DNA from: Bacteroidota bacterium
Lineage (GTDB): Bacteria; Bacteroidota; Bacteroidia; AKYH767-A; 2013-40CM-41-45
NCBI GenBank assembly: GCA_016708785.1
Contig: JADJFC010000006.1
Span: forward strand, 185,411 to 249,410
Length of the DNA: 64,000 bases
Reading direction: 5' to 3'
Each line of letters starts with the position of its first letter. Position 1 is the first letter of the stretch. The notes beneath the pieces were generated by a model. It was not told the origin of the DNA and did not search any database. It saw only the letters and a list, made by a program, of their open reading frames with translations. A program made the translations under genes and the position numbers. This document shows positions 48,895 through 58,900 of the stretch, in pieces.

Positions 48895-51710
48895 CTAATT
48901 CAAAGTGACCAAAATTGAAGCATAAGCCAATCGGCCTACCAGCGGCCCACCATAAACTTCATAATGCATGTTATTCAACAAGTTGGATGCGCCTACTTTA
49001 AAGACAGACTTCAATTGCGGAACTTTTTTACTGATTTGCATGTCTACAACTTCGTAACTTTCTATCTCGCCGGTAAATTGCGGCGAGCCTTCAAAGAGAA
49101 ATCCCTGTACCCATTTGTAGTTGATGTTGTAACTCCAGTTTGAAATTTTGATCTTGTTGAAAAGCATTGCTTCAATATCTCTTCCACCAAATCCAAGATT
49201 GTATTTATTACGCGGTGTATTGTATGCAGGAATAATTGGATCATCGGAACCTTGTTTGTTGAGTTCATTCCATGAATAATTTCCATTGATGCTAAAATAT
49301 TTTCCAATGAAATAATTTAGTCCAATACTGAATCCTTGCGAACTTACTTTGTCTTGTGAATTGCTTGCAATTCTGAACACATCGTTCAACTCAAGGAAAT
49401 CACCACCAAATGGCGAAGTACTTGTAGTAACATCTGCTCCTACAATATAGCCGATAAAATCTGTATAGACACTATAGTAATAATTTGCATCGGCATAAAG
49501 ATTATCAGTCAATGAAGCACGATAACCAACTTCAATCGTCTTTACTTTTTCAGGCTTCACCGGACCAATATTGAAATAACTTAATTTATCCAGATCAGGA
49601 AACCCTGACAAATAATCTCGCAAAGATGGAATAGTTACAAGCGAATCGTAGCCCGTAATATTTCCAAGAAGTTTTGCTCGCCCAACATTGTAATATAAAT
49701 ATTGATCTGTTAAAGTTGGATTTCTGATCGCTGATGAAAACGAAAGTCGTACAACATTTTTCGGGTCAATCGTATAGACCAATGAAGCAGCCGGACTTAG
49801 CAGTAAATCGAAATTCTGATTTTTATCGGCACGAAGCGTAAGGTTGATCTTTAACTTATCCTCTAACACCTTTTTTTCCAGCCCGCCATAAAATCCAAAT
49901 TCATAACTCTCAATTTTGCGTCCTGAAGTATCACTGAAAATTGTACCATCACTTTGCGGAAGATACTTTCTGTAGTTTCCTCCAATTATTACATCTCCAA
50001 ACTTCGGAGTAAGTTTATACTCACCTTGAACGTGTACCAATCGCGACTTATCATAGAACCTTGATCCTCCTTCTGTAAATGATCTGCTGGATGTAATACA
50101 TTGAAGAGTGAATCGAATCGTTGTGTTCCAGGCTCGTAAAACGGAACTGCTTTTTGAGAAACACTGGTAAAATCATCTGCATATTCACGAGAATTATTAT
50201 GATAGAGCTGAAGTGAATCATAATAATTAGCCAGCAGAAATGGATTAATTGATGCAGTATATTCAGCAAATAACTGATCGTAATTCGGATCACTTGGCGA
50301 AGGTGCCTGAGGGTACCCTGGAAAATTGCTTTCCCTGACAAAATATCGATTCTGTGACAAAGACCAAAAACCAACATAGTTAGTACTCCATACATAGTCA
50401 GATTTTGATGCCTGTTGCAAAAGCAATGCAGTAAAATATGCATCATATGATTTACCTGCATCTTCATTCGTAGTATACGCTCTGATAAAGAACTTATTTT
50501 CTTTTCTATATTCAATCCGATTTTGAAAAAACAAAATGTCTTTCAAACTAAATCTGTTGTCGCCTTGATAAACAGTAGTACCTGCCCCAAAAGCAGAATT
50601 GAAAATTATTTCATTCTTAGATTTTGTTTTGTAATGAAGCGCCAAAGATGATTTAAAATTTTCTGTATTGTAATCGACCAAGTCATTTTCAGCATATCCC
50701 GTACGATAATAAGTCATAACACCCGGTCGGATCCTTGGAACTGAATTATAATTACTTGTTGCATAGTATTCATCGCCATAAACATTTACAGCATCATAAC
50801 CACCCGGATTTCCCGGACCATCAGGTGAGTCCGGAGTAGCGCTCATATTATTTGCCTGCCAGTCATTTGCTTTCATGTAGAAGAGATTCAATTTGTATGC
50901 GAATCGTTCATTACCGCTTTTATCTTTAAAAACTTGCGACCAGCGCACAGCAGTTTCGACAAGATTTCTTTCGCCGACTTTAAATGAAACTTCCAGTCCC
51001 GGTTTTACAAACGGACTTCTGGTCGTCATTGCAATTACACCATTGAATGCATTCGGACCATAATACGCAGAACTCGCGCCTGCGATCAGATCGACTTTCA
51101 ATACATCAAGTTCACTTGACCCCAAGAAATTTCCCAATGAAAAATTTAATCCCGGCGATTGATTATCGACTCCATCGATAAGCTGCAATGAACGCACCGG
51201 TGAAGTGCTATTGAATCCGCGGGTATTGACAATTGTAAATCCGAGTGATGCACTCGTAAGATCGACACCTTTCAATGTTCCTAATGCTTCGTAAAAAGAA
51301 TTCTGTGCGCTTTGTTTGATGGCAATCATGTCGATACTCTCAACAGTAAGCGGCGCTTCTTTTTGTTTTTCGGAAACGCGACTACCTGTAATGGTCACAT
51401 CTTTCAATTCAACTTTCTTGGAAGACAATTTGAATGTGACTGGCTTTGAAAAATCGGTAACGACAATTTCGGAAGAACTGTAACCAACCGATGCAACTAA
51501 AATGGTAACCGGGGCTTGTTGCCCGCTTACCGACAATTCAAATTTACCGTCAATATCTGTGCTAGTCCCAATAGAAGTTCCTTTGATAGACACAGATGCA
51601 CCGATGATACTTTCGCCCGTAGAATTATCTTTGATTACGCCGCTGATCTTTTGGGCATTTGCTGCAATTGAAACAAATAACAAACCAACCACTAGTAGAA
51701 TATTCCGCAT
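48895..51710 (-). CDS. TonB-dependent outer-membrane receptor (CarboxypepD_reg N-domain + plug + beta-barrel) with apparent frameshift at about 49989-50046
   Basis: ORF 49989-51710 carries the signal peptide, the carboxypeptidase-regulatory-like domain (ISGVIKD...GASVSIKGTSIGTSTDIDGKFEL) and the plug (TonB-box region, NTRGFNS). ORF 48895-50040 is barrel strands in another frame. The two overlap by 52 bp and both are open there. Confidence 0.7.
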
Positions 51711-51814
51711 CTTTTCTCTTTGTCTTTGGTATCAAACCTAGGTTATTAGTGTGAAATAATCAAGGTTTAATGCGGAAATGTTTTAACATTTTTTGCGTGG
51801 GAAAGGGTAAAAAA

Positions 51815-51874
51815 AATGGTTTAAAAAGTTTAATGGGTTAAATGCGATTGTCAAATTAAACTCTTTAAACCATT
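51815..51874. repeat. Family H element: 25-bp word GTTTAAAAAGTTTAATGGGTT within an 11-bp-stem hairpin
   Basis: AATGGTTTAAAAAGTTTAATGGGTTAAATG ... CTCTTTAAACCATT. The same 25-mer recurs at 55856-55880. Confidence 0.75.
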
Positions 51875-52006
51875 TGAACCAACAAATCCACCTCAAAAGT
51901 TTTAAAGGAATTTACTTTTGCATTATTTAAAATTATTTTCAATTTAACACTTCCAATTAGAATAATAGTTTACTTTGGTATCGTTGAATCTTTTAATTGA
52001 ATTTTT

Positions 52007-52996
52007 ATGATGCTTTACAATTATTCTTCTGCACTCTTTTTAACTGTCAGATATGCATATATTTTACTTATTCTCACCGTTAATCCAATTTCTGCATTTT
52101 CACAAAATTATGTTCCGAATCCGAGTTTTGAGGAAATCGATACTTGTCCAAGTGATTTAAATTATTTCGAGAAAGCTGTTGGCTGGAGAAGTATTTTAAA
52201 TACTCCAGACTTATTTAACAATTGTTCCCAGGGGAGAGTTTCAATTCCAACAAATCAATTTGGTTATCAAGAATTAAAGCCGAATAGTGGTTTTAGCTAT
52301 GCAGGTTTAGCAAGTGGTATTGGCTCAAGTGGTCTATATAACGAAATAATAGGAATTAAACTAAATGAAACATTAATTTCAGGACAAAGGTATTTTTTAT
52401 CGTTTGACTTTTCATCTGGTTTCAATGTTAATGGTCAAGTAAATTGTCAATGTTTTGTTAATAAGCTGGGTGTAAAATTTCTAACTCATTTCGAAGATAC
52501 AAATAATATTTCCCAAACAATAATTAATAATACTGCAACTTTATTTTCAGATTCTGTATTAAGCGACACATCAAACTGGTTGACATTTTCAGGAAGCTTT
52601 ATAGCTGACTCTTCATATTCTTATTTATTGATAGGTAATTTTTTCACACAAGACTCCATGACGTTTAATTGCATTGATGTATCTTCTTCCATTTCATATA
52701 CATATTTAGATAATATTTGTCTATCACAGAATTTAAATGATTGCAATGGTATAATTGCTGACACTAAATTGTGCTCGTTTAACTTGTTTCCAAATCCAAG
52801 TTCAGGTAAATTTTCAATACACAGTGATGAGCAATATTTCAATAATAGTATCGCTAAAGTTTATAATTCAATTGGAGAACTAATTTTAAAGCAAAATATG
52901 AAAGGAGGTGAAAATATTTTCGATTTTAGTAATTTGAACAGTGGACTTTATTTAATTGTATTGAATGAATGTATTCTTAAAATAACTTTATACTAA
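52007..52996 (+). CDS. T9SS-secreted hypothetical protein (AT-rich) with type-A CTD
   Basis: 329 aa. Signal-like N-terminus. C-terminus LFPNPSSGKFSIHS...GLYLIVLNE CTD. Confidence 0.65.
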   Translation: MMLYNYSSALFLTVRYAYILLILTVNPISAFSQNYVPNPSFEEIDTCPSDLNYFEKAVGWRSILNTPDLFNNCSQGRVSIPTNQFGYQELKPNSGFSYAGLASGIGSSGLYNEIIGIKLNETLISGQRYFLSFDFSSGFNVNGQVNCQCFVNKLGVKFLTHFEDTNNISQTIINNTATLFSDSVLSDTSNWLTFSGSFIADSSYSYLLIGNFFTQDSMTFNCIDVSSSISYTYLDNICLSQNLNDCNGIIADTKLCSFNLFPNPSSGKFSIHSDEQYFNNSIAKVYNSIGELILKQNMKGGENIFDFSNLNSGLYLIVLNECILKITLY

Positions 52997-53006
52997 ATAA
53001 AAAACT

Positions 53007-55844
53007 ATGAAAACAAATTCTTATGTCCAAAAATTAATTTTATGTGTCTTAGTCAGTTTAATAAATTATTCTTGTTTTGCACAATGGAAGATTGGCATAA
53101 ATGGGTTGGGTGATATGTGGGGAGAAACGGATCCTGCTAACAAAATTGACGCAATCGGTATTGGCGATTATTTAGGGAATGCTACTCAACCTGCCGCAGC
53201 CCTTGACATTACTATTCCCTATCTATTCAATCAAGGTTCAATGCTTGTGAACCAAGGCGAAGCGATTCGTTCTTCTGCTGCAACAGATTTTAACCACACA
53301 TGGAAAATGTATACATTTCCTGAAACCGAAAAATTTCGGGTAGAAAATCCAAGTAATAGCCCTGACATCAATCTAAGTGTAATGCAAGAAAAGGGCATAC
53401 TGCGCTTACATACAACTGATGGGCTCTATGGTTTAGAAGAGCGAATGCGATTTACTTATGGCTTGGGTGGGCCTTCGGGAAATATCGGCACAACGAAAGC
53501 AGCCATAAGTTACGGCTCCGGTTTTCTTCCAATAGACCAACCTCAAGCTATTTTGAATCTTGGACATCGTTCTAATTTAGGATCTTTAGGTGCACGTACT
53601 TGGATGGACGTCGGTACTTTTATGGTAGATGCAGAAGATCAAATGTATGTTGGGATAAAAGATGATCGCGGCACTGGTGGTGCTGATCGTGGTACTGCTG
53701 TAATTAATTGGGGCGATAACCCTACATCCGGATATGGACCGGATATGCTTAAATTTATTTTCACAAGCGGTTTAAATGCAAGTTCTTCTTCTGATGCTGA
53801 AAAAGTGGATGGTTTAGAAATAGCGCGAATGACTGCATATGGAAATATGGGAATTGGAAATATCTGGAACTTAACCAATATTTTGCCAAAACGAAGGCTA
53901 GACATTTGGGACAATGCGGGTAGCCCAACCTCCAACCCCGCACATGTGAACGGACCGCAATTGCGACTAACAGAAACAGGAAGGACAACCCTCACTGGAG
54001 GGAGATGGACAGAGCTTGAAACAACAGGATTGGGTGATTTTTATATTCATCCATTCGATGGTACTACGAACCGAAATGTTGGAATAAATACGAATATACC
54101 AGGTAATACTCTTGAAATAAAAAGTAATGCCGGTACAGCAATTCCGGGATCAAGTGGTTTGCGTTTTACTTATCTAAATACAACTTCAATTCCTCTTGTC
54201 ACAAATCCATTTGGCAGCACAAGTCCTGCTGTATTGAGTGTAGATAATCAAGGCAATGTTGTTTTAGTTAAAGATGAAACAGTTTCTCCAACGAGCGGAC
54301 TAAATACATGCTCATCAGGAATTCCGGACAACTTTGTTTTGAAAATGGACGTTAGCACAACAAACACAGTTTGTAAAAGTATTGTTTATGATGATGGAAC
54401 AAACGTTGGTATAGATGTTCCGAGTTTATTGCCCCTTCAAAAACTAGACGTCAATGGTAATGTTAATGTCAGAGGTACTGCAATAACAAGCGGACTCTAC
54501 TTCAATAATGCCAAATTTGTTTCTACCGGTGGTTCATCAAGTTCAAATGTTTATTTAGGCACTTCTGCAGGACCGACTACTGCTGCACTAACAGGATATA
54601 GTAATATTTGTATTGGTGGAAATACAGGAACAAGTATGAATTCTTCCGAAACAGATAATATTATGATTGGACAAAATGCCGGAACAAATTTGAGTGGAGC
54701 CGGTGTTGGAGATAACACTTTGATTGGGCGAAGTGCAGGTTTAAATGTTACAAATGGTCTGGAGAATACATTCATTGGCTATAACGCAGGAACGAATTAT
54801 TCTTCAAATCATCATAATACAGCTATCGGAAGCTTCGCAGCTTCATCAGCTACTGGAGTTACAGGCGACAATAATACGTTTATTGGTTATCAGGCTTCAA
54901 CTACTAACGGGACTGCTTTTAGCAATAGCACAGCAATTGGAGTTTATTCATCTGTCGATGCAAGTGATTGTTTAGTTCTTGGGAATGTTAATGGTGTAAC
55001 TCCTACCAATGTCGGTACAAGAGTTTTAATTGGATACACTAATCCTTCAACTGCAGTTAATACCGATTTTCGATTGTATGTAAATTCTGGTGCCAATGGA
55101 CATGCAGGATTTTTTAATGGCGATACTTACAATGCGGGAACTTATTATCCTTCCGATAGAATTTTAAAAATGAATATTCAACCCATTCAAAATTCATCAG
55201 ATATAATAAATCGACTTGAACCTAAGACATATAATTACGACCAAATAAATCATCCCGGAATTAAATTGCCTTCCGGAGATCAATATGGATTAATTGCAGA
55301 AGATTTAGACATGATTCTGCCTGGACTTACAAAGCAATTTACTGCCCCTGCTGTTAAGGATGCTTTAGGAAATATCATAACACAAGAAGAAACGTTTAAA
55401 GGAGTAAATTATACACCCTTAATAAGTTTATTGATTCAAGGCTTCAAGGATCAGCAACAACATATAGATTCGTTGATGATGCGATTAAATAATTTAGAAG
55501 TTGCTATGAACGCGTGCTGCAGCAGCTCTTCAAGCCAACGGACATCTGTTAACAGCATTGACATTGAATTAACTTCGGAAAATTCAATCATACTGAATCA
55601 GAATGACCCGAATCCTTTTGCTGAACAAACAAGAATTTCGTTCAATGTTCCAACTGATGTAATGGAAGCAAAAATTATTTTCTTCGATAACTCGGGACAT
55701 ATTTTGCAAACCGTAAAAATAAACGAACGCGGCGCAGGACAAATAAATGTGTATGGTGAAAAGTTGAGTAGCGGCATTTATAGTTACACACTAATCGCTG
55801 ACGGGAAAGTCATCGATACGAAAAAAATGCTTGTGACAAAGTAA
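53007..55844 (+). CDS. T9SS-secreted tail-fibre-like protein: N/G/T-rich IGxxAG beta-helical repeats + peptidase S74 intramolecular chaperone domain + type-A CTD
   Basis: 945 aa. Signal peptide (CFAQ). About 15 repeats of N[TI]xIG.xAG (NIMIGQNAGT, NTLIGRSAGL, NTFIGYNAGT, NTAIGSFAAS, NTFIGYQAST, STAIGVYSSV). Then SDRILKMNIQPI...YGLIAEDLDMILP...VNYTPLISLLIQGFKDQQQHIDSL, matching the endosialidase/tail-spike C-terminal chaperone domain. Final 90 aa DPNPFAEQTRISFNV...GIYSYTLIADGKVI is a T9SS CTD. Confidence 0.7.
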   Translation: MKTNSYVQKLILCVLVSLINYSCFAQWKIGINGLGDMWGETDPANKIDAIGIGDYLGNATQPAAALDITIPYLFNQGSMLVNQGEAIRSSAATDFNHTWKMYTFPETEKFRVENPSNSPDINLSVMQEKGILRLHTTDGLYGLEERMRFTYGLGGPSGNIGTTKAAISYGSGFLPIDQPQAILNLGHRSNLGSLGARTWMDVGTFMVDAEDQMYVGIKDDRGTGGADRGTAVINWGDNPTSGYGPDMLKFIFTSGLNASSSSDAEKVDGLEIARMTAYGNMGIGNIWNLTNILPKRRLDIWDNAGSPTSNPAHVNGPQLRLTETGRTTLTGGRWTELETTGLGDFYIHPFDGTTNRNVGINTNIPGNTLEIKSNAGTAIPGSSGLRFTYLNTTSIPLVTNPFGSTSPAVLSVDNQGNVVLVKDETVSPTSGLNTCSSGIPDNFVLKMDVSTTNTVCKSIVYDDGTNVGIDVPSLLPLQKLDVNGNVNVRGTAITSGLYFNNAKFVSTGGSSSSNVYLGTSAGPTTAALTGYSNICIGGNTGTSMNSSETDNIMIGQNAGTNLSGAGVGDNTLIGRSAGLNVTNGLENTFIGYNAGTNYSSNHHNTAIGSFAASSATGVTGDNNTFIGYQASTTNGTAFSNSTAIGVYSSVDASDCLVLGNVNGVTPTNVGTRVLIGYTNPSTAVNTDFRLYVNSGANGHAGFFNGDTYNAGTYYPSDRILKMNIQPIQNSSDIINRLEPKTYNYDQINHPGIKLPSGDQYGLIAEDLDMILPGLTKQFTAPAVKDALGNIITQEETFKGVNYTPLISLLIQGFKDQQQHIDSLMMRLNNLEVAMNACCSSSSSQRTSVNSIDIELTSENSIILNQNDPNPFAEQTRISFNVPTDVMEAKIIFFDNSGHILQTVKINERGAGQINVYGEKLSSGIYSYTLIADGKVIDTKKMLVTK

Positions 55845-55855
55845 TGCATTCGATC

Positions 55856-55918
55856 GTTTAAAAAGTTTAATGGGTTTAAGGTGGGCGCAGCACTTTAAAC
55901 CCATTAAACACTTTAAAC
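55856..55918. repeat. Family H element, second copy, forming a 17-bp-stem hairpin between convergent genes
   Basis: GTTTAAAAAGTTTAATGGGTTTAAG gtgggcgcagca CTTTAAACCCATTAAAC ACTTTAAACC. Confidence 0.75.
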
Positions 55919-55932
55919 CATACTTCAACTTG

Positions 55933-58900
55933 TTATTTACTTATCACAAGCGTCCCAGTCTTCCTCGACTTAGCATTCGTATACGTATAAAAATAAACCC
56001 CCGGAACCAGCTCCGTAGTTTCAACCCGGAACAAATGCTCACCACTGTCTAAGTTTCCATCGACAACTGTTTGAACTAGTTTGCCGGTAACATCAAAGAT
56101 CTTAACTGACACGGATTGACTTTCATTCGTTACAAATGCAAAGACTGCATAATCGCCGGCAGGATTCGGATAAACGTATAATGGCGAATTGTTTTTTATT
56201 TCTGAAGTTGATGTTCCAGGCTCGAGAACGATCACTGAATCACATTTCACACATGAATTTGAATCGGTGATGCAAATCATATATGTTCCTGCTGTTAATC
56301 CGGTCACAATTGATGTTGTGAAATTTCCCGGCGTCCATGAATAAGAATAGGGCGGGAATCCTCCTCTGACCGTTGCATCTGCTGTTCCATCAGCACAGGA
56401 AATACAACTTGCATCGGTATGCGAAGTGATCAAACTCAATGAATCATCTTGTGTGAATGTAAATTGTCTGTTCTCAATACAACCTAAGGCATCAGAGATC
56501 GTCACATCTATAGTACCTGAACAACCATTCGAAATTGTTTCTGTGGTTTCGCCGTTACTCCATAAATATGAATAAGGTGCCGAACCTCCACTTACACTCA
56601 ACTCTGCACTTCCTGTACACTCTGCAAAACAAGTATGACCGGAAGACGTTGACGTGACTACAACAGGATCAGGCGACTGCACTAATGCTGATGCAATTGC
56701 TGTGCATCCATGATCGTCTGTTAGAAGTACGCTATATGTTCCGGGTGATAAATTCGTTGCTGAATCTGTTGTTTGTCCTGAAGGTGTCCACAAATAAGTA
56801 TATGGCATTGTTCCGCCACCTACACTTGCAACAATTCTTCCATCGGTATTTCCAAAGCAACTGACATCATAAGGAATCATCAATGCTCCTAATGGCGATG
56901 GCTCCGGAAGGATCACGCCTATGCTATCCTGACATCCCAGATTATCAATTACTACAACAGAATAAATTCCACCAAGAATTTGTGTTGCTGAATTTGTATT
57001 TGAAACATCAGGCAACCAGGTATAACTATATGGTCCTGTTCCTCCTGTTGTGGAAAGAACAATTGATCCATCGTCTGTTGAATTACATGATGTCTCTACC
57101 AATGATGTTACATTTAAATCAGGCAATGATGATGTAGTGACTGTAACGCCTAAATTTCGTGAACATAAATTAGCATCTGATACTACAATCGTATAATTTC
57201 CAGGCGACAATCCGGTTGCTATTGCACTTGATGAGACATTCGGTGTCCATGAAAAATTATATGGAGCATTACCACCTGATGGCGAAAGATTTACTTCTCC
57301 ATTTGCTAGTCCACACGTTGAATTTACAACGGAAGAGATCACCGCCAATCTTGTTGGCTGCAATACAGTTGCCGATTGTGTCGTTGAACAATTGCGACTG
57401 TCTGTTACTCTCACAGAATAATTTCCTGCAAGCAGATTTGTTGCAATAGAATCTGTTCCGCCGGAAGGTGTCCACAAGTATGTATATGGCCTTGTTCCTC
57501 CTGAAGCATTTGCTTCCAAGCGGCCATTATTTCCGCCGTAACAACTAACACTGTCAGCTGTTGAAACAATTGAAAGTTGATCGGGCTGAAGAATTTCTAC
57601 TTGCTGGATCGTAGTACATCCATTGTCATCATTTATTTCTACAGAATAAATTCCGGCTTGTAAATTTGTTGCGACAGAATCAGATCCGCCAACAGGCGAC
57701 CATGAAAATGTCATCGGCGCTTTTGCTCCGGTGACACTCACTGTTGCTGCTCCATTCGAACCGCCAAAGCAACTTACACTGACATTATTTGAAATCGCTA
57801 CAGTCATTCCACTTGCACTATTTACAATTACGGATTGCTCAAGAGTACATCCACGTTGATCTGTTATCGTCACAGAATAATTACCTGCTACAATATTATT
57901 TATCGCCGCTGTTGTTTGTCCGTTAGGTTGCCACAAATAAGTATACGTTCCCGTTCCACCTGAAGCATTAACCTGAGCGCTTCCTGTAGCCGATGCACAA
58001 ATGGAAGTTGTTGAAGATGTTGTTGCTGAAAGTGCAGCAGGATTCGTCAATGTCACTCCTGAATTCACTGAACAATTAAAACTATCTCTAACGGTTACAT
58101 TATATGTTCCTGGTGCAAGTCCTGAGATGGTACTTGATGTTTGTCCACCGACATTCCATAAATAAGTAAGCGTACCTGTTCCTCCTGATGAAATCACTGA
58201 AGCACTTCCATCACTACCATTGTTGCAATTCACAGGAGTGGAAGAAACAGTTGCATTGATAACAGGAGCTTGCGAAATATTAACCGACTCTGTACGTGAG
58301 CAATTATTTACGTCGGTGACAGTGACAGAATAAGAACCGGCAGAAATATTATTGATCGTTGATCCGGTTTGATTTCCCGGCAACCAGTTGTATTGATACG
58401 AACCTATTCCACCACTTACAGTTGCTTGTGCTGAACCTGTTGATCCACCATAACATCTCACATCGGTTTCCGTAACTGAAACAATGATCGGTGTAGGTTG
58501 TGAAATGACAATGTTCATGCTCGCTGGACAACCTGTTACATCTGTTGCTGTCACGGTATAATTTCCGGCTAATAAATTTGTTGCTGTTGAATTTGATCCT
58601 CCTGATGGCGACCAACTATAAGTGTATGGTCCACTGCCTCCTGAAACTGTAACTGATGCTGATCCTCCGGCTTGATTGAAGCAGGTTGCATTCGTAACAT
58701 TGTTCAAGGCAATGATCGGTGATGATGGATTTACAATATTTACAGTTGTCGTCTTCGAACAACCACCTGCATCAGTGACGATCACAGAATAACTTCCGGA
58801 GCACAAATTTGTCGCAGTAGCTGTTGTTTGTCCATCAGACCATGCATACGTAAATGGCGAAGTACCGCCACTCACATTTGCAGTTGCCTGTCCGGCGCAA

